Assembly: GCA_964387845.1 (NCBI GenBank)
Contig: CAYLXA010000006.1
Coordinates: 96,001-160,000 of the forward strand
DNA from: an uncultured bacterium
Lineage (GTDB): Bacteria; Omnitrophota; Omnitrophia; Omnitrophales; Abzuiibacteriaceae
Reading direction: 5' to 3'
DNA length: 64,000 bases
This document shows, in pieces, positions 34,554 through 43,720 of the stretch; positions within the stretch are counted from its first letter, which is position 1, and the number at the start of each line of letters is the position of its first letter. The notes under the pieces are model-generated. The model was not told where the DNA came from, made no database searches, and was given only the letters and a program-made list of their open reading frames with translations. The translations under genes were made by a program, and so were the position numbers.

Positions 34554-35276
34554 ATGTCTGCCCAGTTTTTGATCATCCGCCACGTCCCGCACGAAAGCGC
34601 CGGCACGATTGAATCTTTCCTTGTGCAGCACAAAATCAGCTTTGAATATTTAAATGCTTACGACGGCGCGAAAGTTCCGCATGATTTGAACCCGTATCAG
34701 GCGCTGATCGTGATGGGTGGGCCGATGAATGTGGATGAGACGCGCGAATTTCCGTTCTTAGCGGATGAAGTAACACTTATTCAAAACACAATCAAAAACA
34801 AAAAACCGGTAATCGGCGTGTGTTTAGGCGCTCAACTCATGGCGAAGGCGCTCGGCGCCAAAGTCTATAAAGGCCACAAAAAAGAAATCGGCTGGTTTCC
34901 GATCGAATGGTCAAAAGACGCTGCGTTAGATCCGGTATTCAATAATATTAGCAAAACTGCCAAAACCGTTTTTCACTGGCACGGCGACACGTTTGATCTG
35001 CCGAACGGCGCTGTGCGGCTTGCCTCATCAAAAGAATACCCCAACCAGCTTTTTAAGTATGGAAATTCTGCGTATGCGTTCCAATTTCACGTTGAAGTGA
35101 CGGCAGATATGGCGCGTGATTGGATGAAAGAGAATCAAAGTGATTTTTGGGGCACGGAGAGTTATCTGGATCCCAAGTCCGTGACGGCCGATGCTGATAG
35201 CAAGGCCAAAGTTTTGGCCGATCTAGCGTTTCCGATTTATGAAAAACTCTTCCGTCAGTTTGGTCTGATCCTATGA
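34554..35276 (+). CDS. class I glutamine amidotransferase-like protein
   Basis: 240 aa. GATase1 nucleophile elbow (GVCLGAQL) and an H..E catalytic region (FQFHVEV). Confidence 0.75.
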   Translation: MSAQFLIIRHVPHESAGTIESFLVQHKISFEYLNAYDGAKVPHDLNPYQALIVMGGPMNVDETREFPFLADEVTLIQNTIKNKKPVIGVCLGAQLMAKALGAKVYKGHKKEIGWFPIEWSKDAALDPVFNNISKTAKTVFHWHGDTFDLPNGAVRLASSKEYPNQLFKYGNSAYAFQFHVEVTADMARDWMKENQSDFWGTESYLDPKSVTADADSKAKVLADLAFPIYEKLFRQFGLIL

Positions 35277-35962
35277 AGTACAAAGCCGTTTTTTTTGATG
35301 CCGGCGGCACGCTTTTCGAGCCCAATCCCTCTGTCGGTGATATTTACGCGCGGATTGCCTCTGATTTTGGCATGAAAACGGACGTTCAAAAAATTGAAGC
35401 TGCGTTCCGCGCGGAATTTTCAAAGCGGGACCGGGCAGCGAATATGCATGCGCACGATACGGAAAAGAACGAAAAGCTCTGGTGGAAGGAGCTGGTGAAA
35501 GCAGTTTTTGAGAAAACCGTCCAAGTGCAAAACTTTGACTCGTTCTTCGAAGCATTGTATGATTATTTCGCGACGGCTGCGGCCTGGCGCCTTTTTCCGG
35601 AATCGGTGAGTGTTGTTGACGAATTAAGGAAGAAAAACCTTATTTTGGGCATCGTTTCCAATTGGGATTCACGGCTTCATTCAATCTGCAAACAAATGGG
35701 CTTGGACAAGCGCTTTGATTTTATTCTGGCCTCAGCGGTTGTGGGTTCTGCGAAACCTAATTCCGGAATTTTTCAGGAAGCATTGAAGCAGGCAAATGTT
35801 GCCGCCAGCGAAGCGTTGCATGTGGGCGATAGTATCGAGAATGATATTGAAGGCGCGCACCGGTCAAAAATTGATGCGCTTTTGATCGACCGAAGCGGCC
35901 GCGAAACGGAAAACATCAAAACAATTCGGTCGCTCAGTGAAATTGTGCCGCATTTAACATAA
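35273..35962 (+). CDS. HAD-superfamily hydrolase (subfamily IA-like)
   Basis: FFDAGGTLF motif I, SNWD motif II and a GDSIENDIEGA motif IV region. Confidence 0.8.
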   Translation: MKYKAVFFDAGGTLFEPNPSVGDIYARIASDFGMKTDVQKIEAAFRAEFSKRDRAANMHAHDTEKNEKLWWKELVKAVFEKTVQVQNFDSFFEALYDYFATAAAWRLFPESVSVVDELRKKNLILGIVSNWDSRLHSICKQMGLDKRFDFILASAVVGSAKPNSGIFQEALKQANVAASEALHVGDSIENDIEGAHRSKIDALLIDRSGRETENIKTIRSLSEIVPHLT

Positions 35963-35971
35963 AGAGGAATC

Positions 35972-36205
35972 ATGATTCAGCCGCAAGAAGTGCACGCCAT
36001 GCTGCAAGCCGCGTTTCCGGATGCTGAAGTCAATGTCGACGACATGACCGGCAGCTTGGATCATTTTCAAATTTTTATTATTTCAAAACAATTTCAGAAT
36101 AAATCACGCATCGAACAGCACCGGATGGTTCAGGTGCCATTGCAAGCGGCCTTGAATGACGGCCGGATTCACGCGGTTCAAATCAAAACGGCAGTGATGC
36201 CTTAA
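35972..36205 (+). CDS. bolA: BolA family protein
   Basis: 77 aa with the BolA signature (HFQIFIISKQFQNKSRIEQHRMV). AAGAGGA RBS upstream. Adjacent to a monothiol glutaredoxin. Confidence 0.75.
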   Translation: MIQPQEVHAMLQAAFPDAEVNVDDMTGSLDHFQIFIISKQFQNKSRIEQHRMVQVPLQAALNDGRIHAVQIKTAVMP

Positions 36206-36219
36206 CAAAGGAGCGGGTA

Positions 36220-36546
36220 ATGTCGGACGATTTTCACAAACGGGTTAGCGAACAAGTAAAGAACAGCAAAATTCTCGTTTACATGAAGGGTAACAAGCAG
36301 CAGCCTATGTGCGGATTTTCGGCGCGCGTGGTTCAAATTCTCAATGATATTGGAAAGCCGTACGAAACTGTTGATGTGCTGTCAAACCTCGAAATCAGGA
36401 GCCGGATGGAAGAATTTTCAAAATGGCCTACGTTTCCGCAGGTTTTTATCGGCGGCGAATTTATCGGCGGCTGCGATATTGTGAGCGAAATGAGCGAAAG
36501 CGGGGAATTGGAACCTCTGATTAAGAAAGCGTTTGGAGAAGCATGA
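36220..36546 (+). CDS. grxD: Grx4-family monothiol glutaredoxin
   Basis: CGFS active site (QQPMCGFSARVVQILN). 108 aa. Confidence 0.9.
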   Translation: MSDDFHKRVSEQVKNSKILVYMKGNKQQPMCGFSARVVQILNDIGKPYETVDVLSNLEIRSRMEEFSKWPTFPQVFIGGEFIGGCDIVSEMSESGELEPLIKKAFGEA

Positions 36547-37892
36547 ATTTAACCGAAGATCTCGAGCAGGCTATTGCGGGAAAGGACAAGCTCAAAGTTG
36601 AGAACTTGTTTTCTTCCTTGGCCCCGCTGGATGCGGCACAGGCGGTTGCTCAGCTGTCCAAGAAAAATCAAAGGCAGCTTTTTGCATTGCTGAATGCCAA
36701 GCAAGCGGCCGGCGTTGTGGAAGCGATGCCGAGCGTAGAACGCTCCACGATTATTAGAGGCATCTCGCAGGAAAAAGCTTCCGGCATTATGGATGCGATG
36801 GAGTCTGATGAGTGTGCCGATCTTCTGCTGGAGCTGCCGAAAGACAAGCGCGAGCAGCTGATTCAGGGCATGACGCCGACCGGCGCCCAAGAAGTCCGCG
36901 AACTTATCTCATATCCCGAAAATTCTGCCGGTAGTTTGATGGCGAAGGAATACATTGCCTTCGATAAATCCGCAAAAGTTTCGGAAGTTCTCAAATTTTT
37001 GCGGAATCACTCAGCCACATTTGATCAATACAGTGTCTCATACGTTTATGTGCTTAATCAAGACAAGCAACTGATCGGCGTTCTTCGGCTTCGGGATTTG
37101 ATTTTAAAAAGTTTGGACGCTTCAATCGAAGAGATTATGATCCGCAACCCGATCTCTATTTCGGTTAATGCGCCTGTCGATGAAGTGAAGGAATTGTTTG
37201 AGCAGCATCATTTCTTAGCACTACCGGTAGTTTCGGCCAATCAAAGGATGGCTGGCATCATCACAGCCGATGACGTCAGAAAAACCACGGAAAAATCCAA
37301 CATCGAAACCTTGCTTCGTTTTACTGGTATCGGCGGCGGGGAAGAGCTGCGCACAATGCCGCTTTTTGTCAGGATCCGTAATAGGCTGTCATGGCTCAGT
37401 CTGAATATCGGTCTCAATGTGATTTCGGCAAGCGTGATTGCTCTTTTCCAAGACACACTCCAGGAAGTAATTGTGATGGCGGTATTCTTGCCGATTATTT
37501 CCGATATGAGCGGATGTTCAGGCAGTCAGGCGATGGCAGTGAGTATTCGCGAGCTGACACTAGGCCGCATTTCATTCAAAGATTACCGCTCGATACTTGG
37601 CAAGGAAATTGTTATGGGTTTGATCAGCGGGCTTATTCTTGGGCTTGAGATCGGCCTTATCGCATTTTTGTGGAAAAAAATGGCCATACTAGGTGTTGTG
37701 GTAGCGCTGGCGCTTTGGGCCAATACCTTGATAGCGGTTGCGTTTGGCGGTATTCTTCCTGTCTTTCTACGAAAATTTAGATGGGATCCGGCAATCGCTT
37801 CCAGCCCAATTTTAACGACTGTCACGGATGCAAGCGGATTTTTTATTGCACTGAGCCTGACCAGTCTATTCCTCCCGTACTTTTCGCAGTAA
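36543..37892 (+). CDS. mgtE: magnesium transporter MgtE
   Basis: 449 aa. MgtE N-domain, a CBS pair and a C-terminal 5-TM MgtE channel domain. Confidence 0.9.
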   Translation: MNLTEDLEQAIAGKDKLKVENLFSSLAPLDAAQAVAQLSKKNQRQLFALLNAKQAAGVVEAMPSVERSTIIRGISQEKASGIMDAMESDECADLLLELPKDKREQLIQGMTPTGAQEVRELISYPENSAGSLMAKEYIAFDKSAKVSEVLKFLRNHSATFDQYSVSYVYVLNQDKQLIGVLRLRDLILKSLDASIEEIMIRNPISISVNAPVDEVKELFEQHHFLALPVVSANQRMAGIITADDVRKTTEKSNIETLLRFTGIGGGEELRTMPLFVRIRNRLSWLSLNIGLNVISASVIALFQDTLQEVIVMAVFLPIISDMSGCSGSQAMAVSIRELTLGRISFKDYRSILGKEIVMGLISGLILGLEIGLIAFLWKKMAILGVVVALALWANTLIAVAFGGILPVFLRKFRWDPAIASSPILTTVTDASGFFIALSLTSLFLPYFSQ

Positions 37893-38055
37893 ATTCTATT
37901 TTTTTGTTGGAAAGCACGCGCTGAGTTTGTTATACTTCTCACTCAGGCGGCACAAGTTTTTATCACAATACATAATTGATCAGCGCACACCTCGTTGTCC
38001 AGCCGTTCTGAATGAACATTTTTATTTCATCCGTTAGCCTTTTTTAATCAATTCT

Positions 38056-39687
38056 ATGGAAGCAGAACCAGTTTTGGGCGGCGCTTTCTTTGGCCGCCGC
38101 GACGTGCTTGAGCGTTTAACCAAACGCTTGCGGGCCTTCGAATCCGGTTACCGGCACAACGTCGGCTTGATCGGTCCGGCCTGGGTCGGAAAGTCCTCCA
38201 TTTTGGCTCAGTTTTTAAAGATTGAGCGTTCCAAAAATACCATTCCCATCTTTATTCGAATTGAAGAAACCGATTCCTTCCAGGCTTTTTCAAGGAAGTG
38301 GTTGGGTAGTATTTTGTATGCTTACCAGCGCTATCTGGAACTTGCCCCGCCCAAAGATTATCAAACCCTGATTAAGCAAATGAAGCGCCGCTTGCCCCAT
38401 GTTTTAAAGAGAATGCGCACGGCGCGCCGGCTGGCAGATTCCGGCCAGTTTGACTCAAGCTACCGGGAGCATTTGGCACTTTTAGCGACATTGGCACAGG
38501 AGTCAGGCAAAAAAATCCTGCTGGTGATGGATGAATTTGACAGAATCGCCAATCTGCCGCTTTCGGACCCGTTTTCTCAGCTTGGCAAGGAAGTGATGGT
38601 CCAGAAAGATGCCATGTTCATTGTGTCCAGCTCCAAGCCGGATGAAGCGCGTTACATTTTTCAGGAAAAATTGTCGCTTCTTTTTTCAAATTTTGAACCG
38701 ATTGAACTCGGAAATCTGAATTTCGACGAAGGCGAAAGTTGGATCGCGGAACGTCTTGGCGCCGCGTTTCAAGACCGCTTTCTCCGGCGCGTACTGCTTG
38801 GAATTACCAACGCGCATCCGTACTATTTAGACATTCTCATCAAACGGCTGGAAAGCTTGCTTGCTACGCGAGAGCAAAAGCAAGTCACAAAAGTTTTGCT
38901 GGCGCAAGCGTTTGAAGAAGAGCTTTTCTCTCACCAGGGCACTTTGTATCAGCATTTTCTAATGCAGGTTTTTCAGTTGACGCGCAACCGCTTTAACGTA
39001 GTTTATGCCGACGTGCTTTTATCGATTGCGCTTGGCAAGAAAAAGATATCCCAAGTCGCCAAATTTCTCGAGAAGCCGGCCGATGAAGTTAAAAAGATTT
39101 TGCAGCGGCTTTTGCATGACCGTTTTGTGGAGAAGAAAGGTGTCTTTTTTGCGGTGCCCGATTCGCTTTACCGTTTCTGGCTTCAGGAAGTTTATTATTT
39201 AAAGCGTGCTTCTTTTGATTTGGATCTAACCGATACCCGTCAGGCATTCCGAAAATCTATCGAACGGACATTTGAATTTTTTGCCAAAGAAGATAGCAAG
39301 GATGTATCGCGGCGCATTGAGGAGCTTTTCCGCCAGTTTGGAAACGAAATTGTAGAGCTTGGGCGGAAGAAAATCAAATGCCCGCGCTTTTCTGATGTCC
39401 AATTCAAGCCGACCAACGGACGTGTGTTTCCGGTGGTTGCCAAAAATCAGAATACCAAATGGATGTTCCAGATTGTCCGGGAGCGCGCCCGCGAGGAAGA
39501 CGTGCGGCTATTTCTGGATGACATGAATAAACTAAAAAGTACCGTCCAAAAAAAGGTGATGATTACGCTTCGGGGCGTTGAATTAAATGCAAAGTTATTG
39601 GCGCAAGAGTCGAAAATTCAGTTGTGGGATTTGCGCGAATTGAACGCGCTTTTAGATTTATATAATCAGCCCAAGTTAATTTTGTAA
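38056..39687 (+). CDS. AAA+ ATPase of the archaeal-ATPase / DUF234 type; function unknown
   Basis: 543 aa. FFGRRDVLERL...GLIGPAWVGKSSIL (Walker A) and LLVMDEFDRI (Walker B) resemble the Arch_ATPase family. C-terminal part of unknown function. Confidence 0.75.
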   Translation: MEAEPVLGGAFFGRRDVLERLTKRLRAFESGYRHNVGLIGPAWVGKSSILAQFLKIERSKNTIPIFIRIEETDSFQAFSRKWLGSILYAYQRYLELAPPKDYQTLIKQMKRRLPHVLKRMRTARRLADSGQFDSSYREHLALLATLAQESGKKILLVMDEFDRIANLPLSDPFSQLGKEVMVQKDAMFIVSSSKPDEARYIFQEKLSLLFSNFEPIELGNLNFDEGESWIAERLGAAFQDRFLRRVLLGITNAHPYYLDILIKRLESLLATREQKQVTKVLLAQAFEEELFSHQGTLYQHFLMQVFQLTRNRFNVVYADVLLSIALGKKKISQVAKFLEKPADEVKKILQRLLHDRFVEKKGVFFAVPDSLYRFWLQEVYYLKRASFDLDLTDTRQAFRKSIERTFEFFAKEDSKDVSRRIEELFRQFGNEIVELGRKKIKCPRFSDVQFKPTNGRVFPVVAKNQNTKWMFQIVRERAREEDVRLFLDDMNKLKSTVQKKVMITLRGVELNAKLLAQESKIQLWDLRELNALLDLYNQPKLIL

Positions 39688-39688
39688 T

Positions 39689-40195
39689 ATGAGAAAAACA
39701 TCTCGGAAAACAGTTCGGAAATCAAGCCAGCAGCTTCTATGGGCGCCTTGGCGAGCGCCTTACATTCAGCATATTGCCCAACCCAAAGGCTGTGTTTTTT
39801 GCAGGGCGATCAGGAGTTCAAAAGATGCTGAAAATCTCGTAGTGAAGCGCAGCCGTCATTCGTTTGCAATTCTGAATTTGTATCCTTACAACAATGGCCA
39901 TCTGCTCATCGTGCCGAAACGCCATGTACCGGAATTCAGCCGGCTTACGGATCGTGAAATCCTGGATTTGATGGCCCTTCAAAATAGTATGCTGAAACGC
40001 ATCAAACAAAAACTGAAACCGGACGGATTTAATGTCGGCGCCAATCTCGGCAGAGTCGCGGGCGCCGGAATTCCGGGTCATTTGCATCTGCACATCGTTC
40101 CGCGCTGGCGCGGCGACACCAACTTCATGCCGGTTATCGGAAAGACCAAAGTCATCTCTCAATCGCTTGCGGCATTGCGCGATCTGCTACAATAG
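39689..40195 (+). CDS. HIT-family hydrolase
   Basis: Histidine triad GHLHLHIVPRW, with an upstream CVFC zinc-binding-like motif. 1-nt gap after the ATPase gene. Confidence 0.85.
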   Translation: MRKTSRKTVRKSSQQLLWAPWRAPYIQHIAQPKGCVFCRAIRSSKDAENLVVKRSRHSFAILNLYPYNNGHLLIVPKRHVPEFSRLTDREILDLMALQNSMLKRIKQKLKPDGFNVGANLGRVAGAGIPGHLHLHIVPRWRGDTNFMPVIGKTKVISQSLAALRDLLQ

Positions 40196-40198
40196 GGC

Positions 40199-41314
40199 AT
40201 GATTTTAACCCGCAAGGAATATGAAGACCGCGAATCCCAGTTTTTAGCTCCTTACGCCGTCAAAAGCGCCGAAAGCCGCGGCCGCGATTATTCCGAAAAA
40301 GAGCATGAATACCGCACTTGTTTTCAGCGTGACCGGGACCGTATCGTGCATTCGACCGCATTCCGGCGTCTTCAGTACAAAACCCAAGTCTTTGTAAATT
40401 CCGAAGGCGATCATTATAGAACTCGCCTGACTCATACCATCGAAACTGCGCAAATCGCACGCACCATCGGCCGGACGCTTGGCCTGAACGAAGATTTGAT
40501 TGAAGCAATTGCGCTCGCGCATGATTTGGGCCATGGGCCTTTCGGTCATGCCGGTGAGTGGGCGCTTGAGTCCCTGATGAAAAATCATGGCGGCTTTGAA
40601 CACAATCTGCAGGGAATCCGAATTGTCGAAGAGCTTGAAGAAGTATATTCAAACTTTCCTGGCCTTAATTTAACATCCGAAGTACGGGAGGGCATGAAGA
40701 AGCATCAGCAGAACATATCGTTATCATTTGAAGCGCGTGTGGTCGATTTGTCGGACGAGATTGCCTATGACAGTCATGATTTGGATGACGGAATCCGTTC
40801 AGGCTATCTTTCCGGATCGGATCTTGAGAAGCTCGCGATTTGGAAAAAAATTAGCCAATATTTGGGTACCAAATCTAACCTGAAGCAGGACCCGTCGTGG
40901 CGGCGCGCCGCGATCCGGCTTCTCATCAACCATCAGGTGAAGGATTTGCTTGAGACGACTAACCGAAATCTTAAAAAACTTAAGTCTGCTAAAAAATTAT
41001 CATCCGACATAATTATCCGCCTAGTTCATTTTTCTTTGCCGGTACGGAAATGGAAGAAGGAACTTAAAAGTTTTCTGCATGAAAATCTTTATAATCATTA
41101 CCGCGTTGTTCGCATGACCGATAAGGGGCAGCGGATTATCCGGAAATTGTTTCGGGCATATCTCGATAAGCCTAAGCAATTATCGCCCGGTATCCAACGG
41201 CGGATCGGAAAAGATTCTATCGAGCGGGTGATCTGTGATTACGTTGCCGGAATGACAGATCGGTTTGCACTGGATGAATATAAGCGGTTATTTGACCCGG
41301 ATGAACGGGTTTAA
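40199..41314 (+). CDS. dgt: dGTP triphosphohydrolase-like HD-domain protein
   Basis: HSTAFRRLQYKTQVF...THTIETAQIARTIG...LAHDLGHGPFGH...DRFALDEY are the signature motifs of the dGTPase family. Confidence 0.85.
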   Translation: MILTRKEYEDRESQFLAPYAVKSAESRGRDYSEKEHEYRTCFQRDRDRIVHSTAFRRLQYKTQVFVNSEGDHYRTRLTHTIETAQIARTIGRTLGLNEDLIEAIALAHDLGHGPFGHAGEWALESLMKNHGGFEHNLQGIRIVEELEEVYSNFPGLNLTSEVREGMKKHQQNISLSFEARVVDLSDEIAYDSHDLDDGIRSGYLSGSDLEKLAIWKKISQYLGTKSNLKQDPSWRRAAIRLLINHQVKDLLETTNRNLKKLKSAKKLSSDIIIRLVHFSLPVRKWKKELKSFLHENLYNHYRVVRMTDKGQRIIRKLFRAYLDKPKQLSPGIQRRIGKDSIERVICDYVAGMTDRFALDEYKRLFDPDERV

Positions 41315-41326
41315 CGATGTAAGTAT

Positions 41327-42994
41327 TTGTTCAGAAACGACTTATATCGGCCGATTGACAAGATACACCTCAGTGCTACAATCAATGCTGTCAAAAGGAA
41401 TCTTGGGCGAATGAGTCGTTCTAATGAACATAAGAGTGTTATTGAAAGATTTCTCCTAACAAACCCCGGCTGGATAGAGGGGTATCGCGTTTTCAATCGT
41501 CTCTTCGGACATCCTCTCGGCTGGCTCTATATTATCCACGAAGGCAAAAGCAGGCTTATCCGGCTTAATCAAAAAGGTAACTGTTCTTTTTTTGCCTCAT
41601 CAGCAAGCAATCAATCCGGTTGCGTCGGTTTTTTGCTTAAATATTGTGAACAACTCAAGGATGATGCCGACAAAAAAGCTTTCAAGCCTTTCAACTATAA
41701 ATGCGCCTACGGCCGCAAGGGATTGGTATTCAATCTTGAGTATTTAAATCAACTCAAGGGTTATTTGATCCTGTGCGCAACGTCGAAGAGCGAGAAAGAA
41801 ACACGCGATTTAATGCCCCTTTTCAATCAATTCCTGAAAAGCCAGATTGAGCTTGCCTACAAGGCATTCGAGCTCCAAAATTTTTACGAAACCGTTCATC
41901 CGCGTGCACTCGCGCTTTCGACCATGCATTCGGTTCATCGAGTCATTAGTTCCTCGCTTCACTTGAATGAACTTCTTCCAAAAATTGGCAGGCTGTGTGC
42001 GCAAATTTTGAAAGCCCAAGGGTGCACGATTTTCTTATTAGATGAAGAAAGAAAATATTTGGTCCCGCACTTTCATCTGCAAAATAAAAAAGATATCGGA
42101 AAGCGTTCGCGTCTCCAAGTTGGTAAGGGCGTCGAAGGGAAGGTGGCAGAAACCGCTGAATTTCATGTTTCGCGAAATTCAATTTCAGTTCCTTTTATCG
42201 AAGAAGATGTGATCGGCGTTATCACGCTTCGCGACAAGGTGGGTGGGGAAGCATTTGGAAAAATGGATATGGAAATTTTGAAGACTTTGTCCGAGCAGGC
42301 TGTTGTGGCGATTAAGAATGCAAAACTTTTCGAAGAAACCGAGCATTTGACCCACAGCAGTATTCAGGCGATCAATGAACTGCTTGAAATGAGCTATGAA
42401 GGAAGTAATATGCAGCTTCCTTTATTCGGGGAACTTGTTTTCGAAATGGGTAAGGATTTGCGCCTTTCCAGCATGGAGTTAACGCATCTTCACCGTGCCA
42501 CTTTTTTGATCGATGCTGGCCATCTGGGTACGCCGGCTCATATATTAAAAAAGAAAACCCAGCTCACGAAGCGCGAGTTCGACGCGATTAAAGAGCATCC
42601 GCATGCCGGTGCCGCGGTTTTGAAGAAAATGGGTGCGTTGAAGCCCGTTATTCCGATTATTTTGCACCACCATGAGCGCTACGACGGCAAAGGCTATCCA
42701 CAGGGATTGAAAGGCGATGAAATTCCGCTCAGCGCCAGGATTATGGCGGTGGCAGATGCTTTTTTTGCGATCACTGCCGAGCGGCCTTACCGCCCGGCCC
42801 GAACTCATGCAGAGGCGATTAGCGAAATTAAAAAGAATTCAGGCACGCAATTTGACCCTGCCGTGGTTGCGAGCTTCGTAAAAGTGGTTGAAAATCCCGA
42901 ATTTATGAAGAAAATAACAAGGTGGGAGCAGGCGCGCGATAAAACTGAGCGCCATGGACCGAATTCAAAACAAGAAACAGCTTTTGTTAATTAA
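41327..42994 (+). CDS. GAF-domain / HD-GYP-domain protein; the HD dyad appears to be replaced by ID
   Basis: GAF-like central region, then HHHERYDGKGYPQGL (GYP motif), EHPHAG and AVADAF. The segment aligned to the HDIGK motif reads LIDAGHLG. Confidence 0.75.
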   Translation: MFRNDLYRPIDKIHLSATINAVKRNLGRMSRSNEHKSVIERFLLTNPGWIEGYRVFNRLFGHPLGWLYIIHEGKSRLIRLNQKGNCSFFASSASNQSGCVGFLLKYCEQLKDDADKKAFKPFNYKCAYGRKGLVFNLEYLNQLKGYLILCATSKSEKETRDLMPLFNQFLKSQIELAYKAFELQNFYETVHPRALALSTMHSVHRVISSSLHLNELLPKIGRLCAQILKAQGCTIFLLDEERKYLVPHFHLQNKKDIGKRSRLQVGKGVEGKVAETAEFHVSRNSISVPFIEEDVIGVITLRDKVGGEAFGKMDMEILKTLSEQAVVAIKNAKLFEETEHLTHSSIQAINELLEMSYEGSNMQLPLFGELVFEMGKDLRLSSMELTHLHRATFLIDAGHLGTPAHILKKKTQLTKREFDAIKEHPHAGAAVLKKMGALKPVIPIILHHHERYDGKGYPQGLKGDEIPLSARIMAVADAFFAITAERPYRPARTHAEAISEIKKNSGTQFDPAVVASFVKVVENPEFMKKITRWEQARDKTERHGPNSKQETAFVN

Positions 42995-43018
42995 TGTCAG
43001 ACAACCAGGGAAAATGAA

Positions 43019-43246
43019 GTGAATGACCTTTCAGCCGTTAATCCAGCCGGTCCGACGCCAAAAATCAGCTTGAAAATCGAAAAACCGCGTGACCAAAGTA
43101 TTCACGGTTTTTTTAACACGCTTCTAATCATTTCGTTTTTATTGATTGCTGCGACTTTGTGGGTGCTCGCGCTTGAATATTTGGACATGCCGGCACCGAT
43201 GTGGCTTCTTGATTTGATTGATGAATTGAAGCTCATTTTCGCTTGA
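43019..43246 (+). CDS. small single-pass membrane protein, hypothetical
   Basis: 75-aa ORF with the hydrophobic helix LLIISFLLIAATLWVLAL. No recognisable homology by eye. Confidence 0.4.
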   Translation: MNDLSAVNPAGPTPKISLKIEKPRDQSIHGFFNTLLIISFLLIAATLWVLALEYLDMPAPMWLLDLIDELKLIFA

Positions 43247-43255
43247 TAATTAGAT

Positions 43256-43720
43256 ATGACACGACGCGTTGCCCTCAAGCCTGCCGCCATCCTTCTGATT
43301 CTAGGTATTTTTTTGGCTTTCCCGTGGCTGAGCGGCTACACGTTTCTTCAATATATGAAAATGAAGCACAGTGTTACGATTCACGGTTTTTGGTATCCTT
43401 CTTATTTCCCGATCGGAAAGTTTTATGTGCGTCAATTAAATGCGGATTGGAAAGATGATTTTCGAATCCAGTCCGGGACGCTTGAAGTCCAATATAATCC
43501 GTTTCTGTTTTCAATTTCGCGCGGTGGTGTTTCGTTGAAAGGGCGCGATCTGGAGGTTTCGGTGAAGAAATTGAACTCAAATCTCAAAGTGAAAGGGCCG
43601 TTTGTCGTAAACCGGTTTGATGCCAAGCTGGAATTGCGGCCTCGCGCAGAGCCCTTCATCCACTCGCTTGAAATTGACTCGCCGGTGATTCAATTCAAAA
43701 TCAACGGGCAATCGGCATGA
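43256..43720 (+). CDS. hypothetical exported / membrane-anchored protein
   Basis: 154 aa. N-terminal signal-anchor (AAILLILGIFLAFPWLSG). Overlaps the next gene by 4 nt. Confidence 0.5.
   Translation: MTRRVALKPAAILLILGIFLAFPWLSGYTFLQYMKMKHSVTIHGFWYPSYFPIGKFYVRQLNADWKDDFRIQSGTLEVQYNPFLFSISRGGVSLKGRDLEVSVKKLNSNLKVKGPFVVNRFDAKLELRPRAEPFIHSLEIDSPVIQFKINGQSA

Noticed and set aside
37893-38055. Inverted repeat CTGAGT...ACTCAG (about 37921-37946) after mgtE as a possible terminator; weak TTGTTG/TATACT promoter-like hexamers
   Set aside because: The stem is short with a 13-nt loop, and the T-run is displaced about 10 nt downstream. Spacing of the hexamers is poor. Not strong enough to call.
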